From the IMG/VR virus record IMGVR_UViG_3300009181_000079, positions 1-62,046 of that record: a stretch of 62,046 nt of DNA. One strand, written 5' to 3'. Source of the stretch: a virus (Duplodnaviria > Caudoviricetes). Positions 9,942 through 18,702 of this stretch are shown piece after piece. The notes beneath the pieces were generated by a model, which searched no databases, was not told the DNA's origin, and saw only the letters and a list, made by a program, of their open reading frames with translations. The first letter of the stretch is position 1, and every line of letters starts with the position of its first letter. Both the position numbers and the translations under genes were made by a program.

Positions 9942-10289
9942 ATGAGCGCCCGAAAGAAGAAACCCAAGACCCTCTGTGAGGTATTCACTGAGGACGCAGA
10001 GACCCCGGGAACGAACGCATGGTTCGAGAACGTGAGAGAGACCTACGGGAATCTACTCAGGTGCGACGGCTACGATGACTGCATCATCGGACTCACCACC
10101 CAGTTCAACACCACGACCATCCTCTACGACCGGGATAAGGTCATCCACAAGCTCGCAGCCGACTTCAGGAAGGCTGACAAGAAGCTCTCAAAGTCGCAAG
10201 CCTACGACGACGCTCTCGACTACTTCAGCTTCAACATCGAGGGCGCCTGGATGGGCAAGGAAACACCGTCATTCTTCACAAAATCATGA
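9942..10289 (+). CDS. conserved phage hypothetical protein
   Basis: DGYDDCIIG...YDRDKVI...ALDYFSFNIEGAWMG.ETP, a pattern widespread in phages. Confidence 0.7.
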   Translation: MSARKKKPKTLCEVFTEDAETPGTNAWFENVRETYGNLLRCDGYDDCIIGLTTQFNTTTILYDRDKVIHKLAADFRKADKKLSKSQAYDDALDYFSFNIEGAWMGKETPSFFTKS

Positions 10290-11167
10290 ACACCAAAGAA
10301 CTACAACAACATCCCTACGGGGCGCTATTCCCACACATGCCAGAGGAGGACTTCAAGACCCTCTGTATGGACATCAAAACAACCGGCTTCTCGGAGCTAC
10401 ATCCAATCGTCCTGCACGAAGGGATGGTGTTGGACGGATGGCATCGAAATCTGGCCTGCATCGCCACCGGCATCACGCCCACCTACGTCGAGTTCCGTGC
10501 TCCCGATATGGCGAACACTCCGCTGGAGTTCGTCATTCAAGAGAACCTGCATCGCAGGCACTTGGATGTAGGCCAGCGGTGCATTGTCGGGGCTAAATAC
10601 CTTAAACTCACCCTGGAGCTTGAGGCCGGAACCGAGGGGGTCCGGAATTCCGGACCCTCGGAGAAGAAGCCATCCCAACAGAAGATCGACACGGCTGCCG
10701 AGGTCCTAAATGTGAGCCGCGACTCTGTGATTAAAGCCGCAGCGCTCATCAAGCAAGACCCGGAAGGTGCTCAGGAGGTCCTGGAGGGCAAGAAGTCACT
10801 CCACGCAGCCAAGACCGCAGCAGACGCTAAAAGCGAGGCACACGGGGCTGCTGTGCGCCGGATTGAGGCAGTCCTTGGAGACTCATGGACGAAGACCGTC
10901 AAGCTCAGCAGCCGCGAGCTGGTGAAGATGTCCGGACTCATCCCCGAAGAAATGGAGCGCGTGAAAGCCTTCATCGAATCTGGATGGAAGCTTGATTTAG
11001 CCCTTGGTCATACCAGCGTCTCGCTCACTCCGGCCCACTCATTCCGAGATGGATTTCACAAGTCGATGGAGATGGGAAACAAGGGCACATTCATCATGGA
11101 CGCCGAGAAGATCCGGTGGACAATCGTAATGACAGGGGAACCAATCACACCAAAAACAACAAAATAA
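10286..11167 (+). CDS. ParB/Srx N-terminal domain protein with HTH
   Basis: HPYGALFP, PIVL..GMVLDGWHR, ENLHRRHL, AAEVLNVSRDSV. Confidence 0.8.
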   Translation: MNTKELQQHPYGALFPHMPEEDFKTLCMDIKTTGFSELHPIVLHEGMVLDGWHRNLACIATGITPTYVEFRAPDMANTPLEFVIQENLHRRHLDVGQRCIVGAKYLKLTLELEAGTEGVRNSGPSEKKPSQQKIDTAAEVLNVSRDSVIKAAALIKQDPEGAQEVLEGKKSLHAAKTAADAKSEAHGAAVRRIEAVLGDSWTKTVKLSSRELVKMSGLIPEEMERVKAFIESGWKLDLALGHTSVSLTPAHSFRDGFHKSMEMGNKGTFIMDAEKIRWTIVMTGEPITPKTTK

Positions 11168-11305
11168 TGAAACTCATCTGCTCAACACTCACATCCATCG
11201 CATTCACCGCCGGAGGCACTCACCTCGGGATCAACAACCACTGGGCGCTCGCCACTCTCTGCCTCATCTGCGCAGTGGCCGTCTGGACCAACCAGAAGGG
11301 GTGAT

Positions 11306-12466
11306 ATGCCGCAGTATCCAATAAAGACCGGAGGATTCGGAGAGCCAGTTATAGGTGAAATCATGCGCGGCACAAATGGTGAATCGCTCGGCGTCTATGC
11401 TGGCGGCGGAACCGTAATCCAAGACACGGGGAGCAAATCGAAACTCTTCGATCTTCCAATGGGAGTGAAGGCGAGTGAATCGCCCGCGCTGGAGCAGTGG
11501 AGGCGTGTTGATTTCGTGGCGGAGTTCAATCCGGAGGTGAGATCGGAGATGGACAGGAACGGCACCATCGTTGGGTTATCTTCGATAAAACCATACTTCT
11601 TCGAGATGCCCGACAAGATCGGAGGCGCACCGCCGCCGCCTCCTCATTGCGGCAAGTGCAATAGACCTGTCTCCAGGATCCGCGTGGTATGTGATTCATT
11701 GGGTGCCTCGATCGAAGCGAGCTGTCACGGCAGCAATGCCGGCAAATTCGTGTATGCCTCCACGTTGGTGGAGCGAGGGGCCTATGCGATCTACCTGGAG
11801 ATGCTGGAGGCATTCAGCAACAAAGGCGGATTCCAGAAGGCCGAGGACTACCGGGACTGGAAGACCAAGAAGTTCGATGACTGGAAGGCTATTGATGACC
11901 CCCGCGATAAATACAAGTTCGACCCAGAGAGGGGAAGAAAGGCATTCGAGGATGTTGCGAAGCGGGCGCAGGAGGAGATCATGAAGGATGATCGGTGGAA
12001 GATTAAGGACCCCAAGTGGAAGGAATTATCCTTCGACTCCGAGGACATCCCAGAGAAATACAACCCCGGCACAGGAATGAGGGTATTGCGGGACATTCAG
12101 GAGCAGGAGCTACTCAGGCAGTTGGGCGGACCGATATATTCCGACACCACCTCCATCTCAACCCGATACTCTCCAGACTGCTGCCTGTGCAAGAAGCCAG
12201 TGAGAGTGACTTCGCAGGAGGACTACTCCATGCGCAGGCACATCGTAAGATTCGAGTGCCACGGGCGACGGGAGGAGATCATAATAAGCGATCAGGAGCT
12301 TCTGTATAGCGGCAGATGTCTCGGTGAATTTATCGTCAAAGCCAGCCCGTTCTTGTCTGACTTCAAGAGGCTCAACATCCCGGAGGAGCCGCCGAAGCAA
12401 AAGCCAAAGACCAGAACAGGACTCGCCATCACCATCGGACAGGAAAGAATCATCAACCTCGAATGA
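11306..12466 (+). CDS. hypothetical protein with two CxxC...CHG zinc-ribbon repeats
   Basis: CGKCNRPV...SCHG and CCLCKKPV...ECHG; ends GQERIINLE. Confidence 0.65.
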   Translation: MPQYPIKTGGFGEPVIGEIMRGTNGESLGVYAGGGTVIQDTGSKSKLFDLPMGVKASESPALEQWRRVDFVAEFNPEVRSEMDRNGTIVGLSSIKPYFFEMPDKIGGAPPPPPHCGKCNRPVSRIRVVCDSLGASIEASCHGSNAGKFVYASTLVERGAYAIYLEMLEAFSNKGGFQKAEDYRDWKTKKFDDWKAIDDPRDKYKFDPERGRKAFEDVAKRAQEEIMKDDRWKIKDPKWKELSFDSEDIPEKYNPGTGMRVLRDIQEQELLRQLGGPIYSDTTSISTRYSPDCCLCKKPVRVTSQEDYSMRRHIVRFECHGRREEIIISDQELLYSGRCLGEFIVKASPFLSDFKRLNIPEEPPKQKPKTRTGLAITIGQERIINLE

Positions 12467-12768
12467 AACGCTCACCACTGAAACGTCTAGGTAAGAAAGG
12501 TCTCGCATGGGAGAAATGCAGGCAGGAGCTCAAGGTCAAGTTCCAGCGTGCCGGCATCACCACTTGCGAGATCAAGGGTCACGGATGCTGGTATGACAAC
12601 GGATTGGGATTCGCCCACGCGAAAAAGCGCCGCAACCTCGGCCCCGGAGAGCTGTCAGTTGTGGCGCTTGCTTGCTGCGTCTGTCATGACCGAATTGAAA
12701 TCCTGCCCGAGCAGGAGATGGCGGAGATCGTCATGCGAATTATTGACTCACGGAAAGCTCCAGTGTAG
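12463..12768 (+). CDS. HNH-like / Zn-binding nuclease-like protein
   Basis: MKRSPLKR start, CEI...C, FAHAKKRR, LACCVCHDRIE. Confidence 0.55.
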   Translation: MKRSPLKRLGKKGLAWEKCRQELKVKFQRAGITTCEIKGHGCWYDNGLGFAHAKKRRNLGPGELSVVALACCVCHDRIEILPEQEMAEIVMRIIDSRKAPV

Positions 12769-12855
12769 ATTCACATAGCCAGTTCACCGTGCTCGCCGAG
12801 GAGTATTGTTTCAGCTCATTTCTTGGGGCTCTTGCAGGCCCCGGCTAACGGGAAA

Positions 12856-12903
12856 GCAAACTGCCGCGCAGGAGGAGTGAACCCCCTGCGCGGCTTTGTT
12901 TGC
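12856..12903. terminator. bidirectional intrinsic terminator
   Basis: GCAAAC-T-GCCGCGCAGG...CCTGCGCGGC-TTT-GTTTGC hairpin at the point where the + and - gene blocks converge. Confidence 0.75.
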
Positions 12904-12907
12904 CCTC

Positions 12908-13285
12908 CTAGTCTTGATCCGGGCTGAAGTCGAAGTCGCCAGCGCTTTCGCCGAGCATCTTCTTTACGAACTCCACCGACTCCGGCCTGCCGCAGATCTC
13001 ATACTCCTTCTGCATGTATTGCACGAAGGCCCATAGGGCTTCAGCGATGTTCTTATCCATCGCTTCGCCCGACCGGATAGCCCGGACGTGAGCCTCGTAG
13101 GCTGCGCGCTGCCAGAACGGCAATGGGCCGCCAGGCAGTGTCGCTATCTTTACCAGCGTCAGCCTGCCGAGCATGAAGTTACAAAAGGCATTGCTGCCAT
13201 CGTGCTTCTCGTCGATCGCCCGGGTGATGGCGACCTGCTCGGACTCCCACTCGTCCAGGTCCGTTGGATGTTCCATTATCTTCAT
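12908..13285 (-). CDS. hypothetical protein
   Basis: last ORF of the minus-strand block. Confidence 0.6.
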   Translation of the reverse strand: MKIMEHPTDLDEWESEQVAITRAIDEKHDGSNAFCNFMLGRLTLVKIATLPGGPLPFWQRAAYEAHVRAIRSGEAMDKNIAEALWAFVQYMQKEYEICGRPESVEFVKKMLGESAGDFDFSPDQD

Positions 13286-13428
13286 CAGCTATTTCCTTTC
13301 TACGTTGTTCGGTCTCGGATACTTCACCGGCCCGTTGAATGCAACGAGCGACTCAAGCAGGTAGGGTATCCTCGCGTTCCTGCGCTTGTTCTGCTTTCTG
13401 AACCAGCGCCATGGTAGGAGTTTGTTCC

Positions 13429-13683
13429 TCATATCAAGGAGCGCACCTCGTCAATGTCCACCACATCCCTGGACCCCAGGTATGCCGCGTCACTAAGGTA
13501 GGCCCGAGGAATTGCCTGAAACAGCGCATCATCGGGCTCCAGTCGCACGATTACCGCACCGTCAGTCCATACACCCTTCTTTTCCTCATATTCCTTCACG
13601 GCCCTGGCGGCCGAGAAGAACTCCCGAATCGTGAGGCAGGGTGCATCGGCTGGCGAAGGCGGATGTTGGATCGCTATCTTCAT
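13429..13683 (-). CDS. hypothetical protein
   Basis: GGAG RBS, coupled ORF. Confidence 0.6.
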   Translation of the reverse strand: MKIAIQHPPSPADAPCLTIREFFSAARAVKEYEEKKGVWTDGAVIVRLEPDDALFQAIPRAYLSDAAYLGSRDVVDIDEVRSLI

Positions 13684-13916
13684 TACTTTTCTCCTCTCTC
13701 AATTTGCAGCACCACCGCCAGGTCATAGGCGGCGGAGTCTTCCAACACATCGGCCAGGCATGACTGGATAAGCCTGCGCGTATCCAGATGACTGAACGAA
13801 GTGGTGTCGTCCTGGGCCTCCAGGGCTCCCACTATCTCCTCCAGATACCGGCTCATCTTTTTAAGCGACAGTATCAGGGTCTTCTTCCTGAGCTTGGTCA
13901 TTTCGCGTGCGCTCAT
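13683..13916 (-). CDS. hypothetical protein
   Basis: ATG overlaps the upstream stop codon. Confidence 0.55.
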   Translation of the reverse strand: MSAREMTKLRKKTLILSLKKMSRYLEEIVGALEAQDDTTSFSHLDTRRLIQSCLADVLEDSAAYDLAVVLQIERGEK

Positions 13917-14083
13917 TTGGCGCTCCACGAGTCCAGCGCATTGCAGACGGCATCATTGATGTCGCCCTTCGCGCGCTCGATGTCTTCATCCCAATCTTCG
14001 GCCCCTCCGGTGCAGGCTTCGGCAGCCTTGTCCAGATACGGCCAGATCACTTCGATCAGTTGGTTCATCAGTTCTTCGTTCAT
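13913..14083 (-). CDS. small acidic protein (paralog of 18557-18691)
   Basis: not in the ORF track; MNEELMNQLIEVIWPYLDKAAEAC...NALDSWSAK, 56 aa, AAGGA RBS. Confidence 0.65.
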   Translation of the reverse strand: MNEELMNQLIEVIWPYLDKAAEACTGGAEDWDEDIERAKGDINDAVCNALDSWSAK

Positions 14084-14280
14084 CAGTTTGTTCCTTTCAG
14101 ACTCGATTTATACTCTTCGCCAAGAACCCAATGGAGTGCCTTCAGGTTCTCCTCTGTGGCGAGCTGCATCAGCGCCCTTGGGGCATTGCACTGGATGGTT
14201 GCCAGCGATCCCGTCAGGGTGTTCTTGCACACTCTCTTTATATCTACGATCTTCTTCCGGATTGCCCTTTCGGTTTTCAT
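14083..14280 (-). CDS. hypothetical protein
   Basis: GGAG RBS, coupled ORF. Confidence 0.6.
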   Translation of the reverse strand: MKTERAIRKKIVDIKRVCKNTLTGSLATIQCNAPRALMQLATEENLKALHWVLGEEYKSSLKGTN

Positions 14281-14786
14281 TGCTGTTCTCCTTCCTTCCC
14301 CATGTCGGAGGCTCCGAAGTCATGCCCGCACTCACCACGACAGATCAGGCGACCATTCTCAAGGCCGATGGTTCCGTTGTGGCAATTCGGGCACTCGCCC
14401 TCAGCTTCAGGTTTCTCCTTCCCCATGTCGGGGATGTTGGTGGCTGCGGCGAGGATGTAGGCCGCTTTTTCCGAGTCTCTCTCTAGCGCCATCTTGTCGA
14501 AGCCTACGGCCCTTGTGGCCGCCACCCTGGCTGCGTGCGCAAGGTTCTCCAGCGCCTCCACCACTGCGCCAAAGTGATTGACGCAGTGGGTGATTAACTT
14601 CCCGTCCGCAATGTCCGAATCCCCGGCCGTGGACCAGACTTCAGCGACAGTCTCGCAGTTATCTTCCTCCGGTCCGTCCTTTGACCACCGGACGATGCTC
14701 ACGCGATTTCCCTTATGGAAGCAGCATTGCTCTCCAATCTCGATGCTCCACGGCAGCGGCGTTGTCTTCAGTTCCTTCAGCTTCAT
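14277..14786 (-). CDS. hypothetical protein with C-terminal Zn ribbon
   Basis: TTPLPW start typical of a phage early family; CPNC...CRGECG. Confidence 0.6.
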   Translation of the reverse strand: MKLKELKTTPLPWSIEIGEQCCFHKGNRVSIVRWSKDGPEEDNCETVAEVWSTAGDSDIADGKLITHCVNHFGAVVEALENLAHAARVAATRAVGFDKMALERDSEKAAYILAAATNIPDMGKEKPEAEGECPNCHNGTIGLENGRLICRGECGHDFGASDMGKEGEQQ

Positions 14787-14995
14787 AGACGTTCCTCCAT
14801 GTATTCCTTCACGGACTTAATCAGGTCCGCATCTTCCGAGTCTTCGAGCAGATCCACTGGGAGTTCACCCAATGCCGGCTCTCCGACCGCAAGCTGGTCC
14901 TGGTCCACTACGACCGAACGGATGACCTTGCTCGCATCATACTTCTCGAATACGTTCATCACGCATCCGCCTTTGACCACTATCACGATGATCAT
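14783..14995 (-). CDS. hypothetical protein
   Basis: IVIVVKGGCV start, RBS. Confidence 0.6.
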   Translation of the reverse strand: MIIVIVVKGGCVMNVFEKYDASKVIRSVVVDQDQLAVGEPALGELPVDLLEDSEDADLIKSVKEYMEERL

Positions 14996-14997
14996 GG

Positions 14998-15198
14998 TTA
15001 TTTCCCTCCTTTGATTCTCTTCACATGCGGCTCAACGTGCGTCTGGTAAAAGTTACCAACCGCTTTCACTGCATCCGCTACTTTGTCCACTGTCTGTGTG
15101 AAGTCGCTTGCTGCGTGCTCCACTTTGCTGAGCTCGCGCTTTTTGCGCACGCGCTTCAGCTTCACTGGCACTATCTGGCTGTCTTTTGCTTTACTCAT
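14998..15198 (-). CDS. hypothetical protein
   Basis: AGGAGAAATAACATG start context. Confidence 0.6.
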   Translation of the reverse strand: MSKAKDSQIVPVKLKRVRKKRELSKVEHAASDFTQTVDKVADAVKAVGNFYQTHVEPHVKRIKGGK

Positions 15199-15199
15199 G

Positions 15200-15556
15200 T
15201 TATTTCTCCTCCACATCTACCATCACTGTATTCCCCTTTCGATCTGTGACCTCGAACACGGTAGCCACGCTCCCTGGGTCGCGCTGGATGCGCAAAGCCT
15301 CGCGCGCAGCGCCCTTCGGGCCTCTCTCGTCCAAGTCGATCTTCCATGTGACTAGATACCTGAACGGAGGCATTGCTTTTTGCGGCTCTACCTCGGTGTG
15401 CGTATACACCATATCCTGATCGCACTTCTCGCACACTGGAGTCCCGCACTCGGCGAGTCTCTTCGGGTGGATTCCCGCGTAGGTATCCACGTCTCCACAA
15501 CTGCATTTGAAGGCCAGGAGAACCCGGCGCTCCTCTACGATGTTTGGCTTGCTCAT
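15200..15556 (-). CDS. hypothetical protein
   Basis: GTPVCEKC; Y.VTW.IDL...AAREALRIQRDPGS.ATVFEV pattern. Confidence 0.65.
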   Translation of the reverse strand: MSKPNIVEERRVLLAFKCSCGDVDTYAGIHPKRLAECGTPVCEKCDQDMVYTHTEVEPQKAMPPFRYLVTWKIDLDERGPKGAAREALRIQRDPGSVATVFEVTDRKGNTVMVDVEEK

Positions 15557-15780
15557 TTCGATCCTTTCTTCTTCTCTTTCTCAATGGCCACAGAGAGCTT
15601 GATCAGCTCGCTGGCCAAGGCTCTCATCTCCTTGGGCGTGAGGTAGGCGCAGGCCCAATGCCCCGGGCCGTGCTTCTCCGGGGTTTTCAATACCCCGTGA
15701 AGCGAGCCCATCCCATCACTCGCAGTGAGGCCGACTTTATCGACCCCGAACTCTTTATAGTAGTCCATTGGGTCGCTCAT
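15553..15780 (-). CDS. hypothetical protein
   Basis: coupled ORF with RBS. Confidence 0.55.
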   Translation of the reverse strand: MSDPMDYYKEFGVDKVGLTASDGMGSLHGVLKTPEKHGPGHWACAYLTPKEMRALASELIKLSVAIEKEKKKGSK

Positions 15781-15956
15781 TGCTGCTCCTTCGATTCATC
15801 CAATACCCCACCAACCCTGTGCATGGTCAGCGCAAACTGCTGCGCCTCTTCTTCCGTATCGAACTCAGCCGTGCTTGCGAACGGGGAATCCAGCTCCATG
15901 TATTCATCCTTCTCTTCATCCACCATCTCTACCGTTACCCAGACTTTATAGGTCAT
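15777..15956 (-). CDS. small acidic hypothetical protein
   Basis: not in the ORF track; MTYKVWVTVEMVDEEKDEY..., GGAGG RBS. Confidence 0.55.
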   Translation of the reverse strand: MTYKVWVTVEMVDEEKDEYMELDSPFASTAEFDTEEEAQQFALTMHRVGGVLDESKEQQ

Positions 15957-16177
15957 TATTTTACCTCCGTGACCCGGTAATCCTCCGGGTCGTATTTGCC
16001 CACCATGTCGCCAGCATCCACTGCTTCGTGCTGGTCCTTGATGAACTCATCTATGGCCGCCTGCGCGGCTTCCCTTGTGGGAAACCGGCAGGGGCGCTCC
16101 TTGTCCGAGTCTGGATCGGTCTCTGTCCAGCCGGCATCATCCCACCCGTAGGTGAAGTTCATTTCGATTTTGAACAT
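15956..16177 (-). CDS. small acidic hypothetical protein
   Basis: RFPTREAAQAAIDEF...YDPEDYRV. Confidence 0.65.
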   Translation of the reverse strand: MFKIEMNFTYGWDDAGWTETDPDSDKERPCRFPTREAAQAAIDEFIKDQHEAVDAGDMVGKYDPEDYRVTEVK

Positions 16178-16179
16178 GG

Positions 16180-16377
16180 CTACTCCTCCGGATCGAACGA
16201 CTGCACCAGCTCATCATCCTCGCCCAGATAGACGTGGATCTTTCTGAGCCCCTCGAAGCTCTCAATGAGAACCCCTCCGAGCTTCTTGTTGTCCGAGTCC
16301 CTGTAGATGTTCACACAGATCCCGGTGGTCTCCTCTATCGAGGTGATGGTGACTCCATCGACTTTTCGTATTATCAT
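16180..16377 (-). CDS. hypothetical protein
   Basis: AGGAG RBS upstream of ATG 16377. Confidence 0.5.
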   Translation of the reverse strand: MIIRKVDGVTITSIEETTGICVNIYRDSDNKKLGGVLIESFEGLRKIHVYLGEDDELVQSFDPEE

Positions 16378-16381
16378 AGTT

Positions 16382-16630
16382 TTACTCCTCTTCTTCTGCG
16401 CGCGTCTCGGCACTGAGGAAGATGGCGTTCTGGTCCAGATCCTCGAACCATGCGCCTTCTTCTGTTCCTGCCATGCTTGGCCTGCTGAGGTCATCTCCGC
16501 ACCCTGAGAACAGGGCCGTGATTTCACTCATAGCCTCATCGGCCTTCCGTATGGCATCCTTCTCCCCCTTGGCGGACACCTCTATGCAGACCGTGATGGT
16601 CACTGGTGTTTTGACGATGAATTTCGGCAT
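16382..16630 (-). CDS. small acidic hypothetical protein
   Basis: MPKFIVK..VTITV.IEVSA..E.DA pattern. Confidence 0.6.
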   Translation of the reverse strand: MPKFIVKTPVTITVCIEVSAKGEKDAIRKADEAMSEITALFSGCGDDLSRPSMAGTEEGAWFEDLDQNAIFLSAETRAEEEE

Positions 16631-16632
16631 AA

Positions 16633-17763
16633 CTACTCCAGAACGATACTGCGGTCCCCGACATTCACCAGCAGTTTGCTGAGTGATGCCTTGACCGTCT
16701 CTACGTCTTTCTTCACGCTCTCCCTCAGCTTGGTATCTGAGGACATCGCCTTGAGGTCGATGCCTGACACAAGTTGGTCGAGCTTCTTCATCTCGGCATC
16801 CAGCTCCGTGTCGTTGCAGATGTTTCTGCGTCCGAACGTGGCCAGGAACTCCTGGATGTTGGTGACTGTCGTGGCGTAGAACTTCTTCTTCTCGCCATTA
16901 TCCTTCGGAGTCAGACTATCCGTCAGCGTGCTCACCAAGTCCGAGACCGTCTGCCGCAGGAGTAGAACCCCATTGGCCTCGATCTCTTTCCAGGTCTCTT
17001 GCGCCTTCAGCTTGGCCTTCTCGTAGATCCGAACGTCGAATTGCTTCAACTCTTCCGGCACTCCGAAGCTCAGCCACTCATAGCCGAACGTGAACCGGCC
17101 CATTAACGTCTCCACAGCCGCGTAGTCGCGTTCGTTGTAGAGCGGCCCTAGGTTGACCGCCTCCGGGGTGATCTGAGCCGGATACGAGGCAACCAGGGCC
17201 TCTACCAGCTTCCTCAGCTCAACCTCGGTCTTCTCCGCCAGCATCTCGATCTCCGGGATGCGGGTGATGTCCACGACATGAGCTGCCTGGAACTTCACAT
17301 GCGGGATACCGAACGACGCAAACTCATCACGGCGATCCTGGACGAACTTCTGAAGGGCATCGTATTCCTTGGATGCCCACAGGGTCTTGTCCCCGCCCAC
17401 TAGCGCGAGGTTCAGGCCGCCCGATTTATCCGCAATCTCGCCACTCAGGCCGAGACCGAGCTTGGCCGAGTTTTCATTGATCTCGGACTCCAGCTTCATC
17501 ACAATGGCCTTCTCAGCCTTGGTGAGCTTCTTGGTCTTCGGCAGTGACCCGGCGAAGGAAACCCTCACCACGATCCTGCCAGCCAGCTCGGCGTTGATGT
17601 CCGCCACGCTGGTCACGACCTCTTTGATGCGCTCACGGGCTACTCGCTCCGCTTCTTCCAGGTTCATCTGGGTGCATTCTGCCTGGATGTCGTTGTGCCA
17701 CATCTCATCAATGGCCTCGCCAACTTTGTAGTTCTTGCGTGCGTATTCTTGGTATTTAGTCAT
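16633..17763 (-). CDS. DUF3150-like helical protein
   Basis: LGPLYNERDY, F..RNICNDTEL; lies downstream of the AAA module; ends GDRSIVLE. Confidence 0.55.
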   Translation of the reverse strand: MTKYQEYARKNYKVGEAIDEMWHNDIQAECTQMNLEEAERVARERIKEVVTSVADINAELAGRIVVRVSFAGSLPKTKKLTKAEKAIVMKLESEINENSAKLGLGLSGEIADKSGGLNLALVGGDKTLWASKEYDALQKFVQDRRDEFASFGIPHVKFQAAHVVDITRIPEIEMLAEKTEVELRKLVEALVASYPAQITPEAVNLGPLYNERDYAAVETLMGRFTFGYEWLSFGVPEELKQFDVRIYEKAKLKAQETWKEIEANGVLLLRQTVSDLVSTLTDSLTPKDNGEKKKFYATTVTNIQEFLATFGRRNICNDTELDAEMKKLDQLVSGIDLKAMSSDTKLRESVKKDVETVKASLSKLLVNVGDRSIVLE

Positions 17764-17764
17764 G

Positions 17765-17971
17765 TTATTTATCTCCTTCTTCGTCTATCTTGCTCTTGAT
17801 CTGGTCGTGTGTGTTCGACCAGTCAATATCATCACCTATCTCTGCTGCTGCGGCCCACTCCGGGCCTTCTTCCATTCCGAACATCTCCGGGGTCCAGTAG
17901 GCAAAGACGACATTCTGGATGCCGGCCTTGCGCTCTTTCTGGAGGAGTCGGATCGCATCGTCGATGCTCAT
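17765..17971 (-). CDS. hypothetical protein
   Basis: AAGGA RBS upstream of ATG 17971. Confidence 0.55.
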   Translation of the reverse strand: MSIDDAIRLLQKERKAGIQNVVFAYWTPEMFGMEEGPEWAAAAEIGDDIDWSNTHDQIKSKIDEEGDK

Positions 17972-17984
17972 GTTAGTTTCCTTT

Positions 17985-18203
17985 CTAGTGCTGATGCGTG
18001 GTTTGAGACCCATCCGCATGATGATGCGTGTGGACCTTGCCGCTCTTATTCGATACCACCTTGAAGGTGCCGCCGCTGTCGCGCTCGACATTCTTCACGA
18101 ACTCCTCTGCAACGATGTGCAGGTCTCTATCACTGATCAAGTCTGTGGTCAGCTTGATGATACCACCCGGAAGGATGGTTCCTTTGATTTGGTTATCAGC
18201 CAT
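17985..18203 (-). CDS. DUF2997-like small protein with His-rich tail
   Basis: I..TILPGG.IK.TT...H..AEEF...GG; position after the DUF1257-like gene. Confidence 0.5.
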   Translation of the reverse strand: MADNQIKGTILPGGIIKLTTDLISDRDLHIVAEEFVKNVERDSGGTFKVVSNKSGKVHTHHHADGSQTTHQH

Positions 18204-18204
18204 G

Positions 18205-18555
18205 TTATTTTGCTCCTTTATCTATCACGAAGTCGAACTCACTGGTCCAAGTAAGGGTGATTTTGGTCGCCTTATACTTGTCCGTGTTATTGTCCGACAC
18301 TTGCTTCTTGATGTTGGCTTTCCCAACATATTGACCCAGGGCTACCAGGTTCATTCCGGTGCTGCTGGTCAGCTTCCCGTCCCTGTATTCCCCGCTCTGG
18401 TATTCCCCGGTGGTCTTATCGACCCCGGAGAACGCCACTGTCTTTCCGATCACTCGGGTGGTGAACCCCATCTCTTCCAGCCCCTTGGCCAGAAGGTTGA
18501 TGTCAGGCACGTCATTGAGCGCCTGAGTGACCGATCGCGTTGCGTAGCACGGCAC
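18205..18555 (-). CDS. DUF1257 (Ycf35)-like protein
   Basis: MPC...DINLLAKGLEEMGF...LGQY; follows the Ycf46-like ATPase. Confidence 0.5.
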   Translation of the reverse strand: MPCYATRSVTQALNDVPDINLLAKGLEEMGFTTRVIGKTVAFSGVDKTTGEYQSGEYRDGKLTSSTGMNLVALGQYVGKANIKKQVSDNNTDKYKATKITLTWTSEFDFVIDKGAK

Positions 18556-18556
18556 C

Positions 18557-18691
18557 TTACTCGCCCTCCTCTTTTGGTTCCCATGAGTCCATCGCGTTAT
18601 CGAACGCGCACTTGATGGACTCCTTGCTTGCGCCAGCGTCCAGATACGGCCAGATCAAATCGATCAGGTCGTTGATGAGTTCTTCGTTCAT
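18557..18691 (-). CDS. small acidic protein (paralog of 13913-14083)
   Basis: not in the ORF track; MNEELINDLIDLIWPYLDAGASKESIKCAFDNAMDSWEPKEEGE. Confidence 0.65.
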   Translation of the reverse strand: MNEELINDLIDLIWPYLDAGASKESIKCAFDNAMDSWEPKEEGE

Positions 18692-18702
18692 GTTTTCCTT
18701 TC

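Noticed and set aside
10286-11167. Plasmid-prophage partition system
   Set aside because: No ParA and no parS-like array; lone ParB-N proteins are common in phage replication regions.
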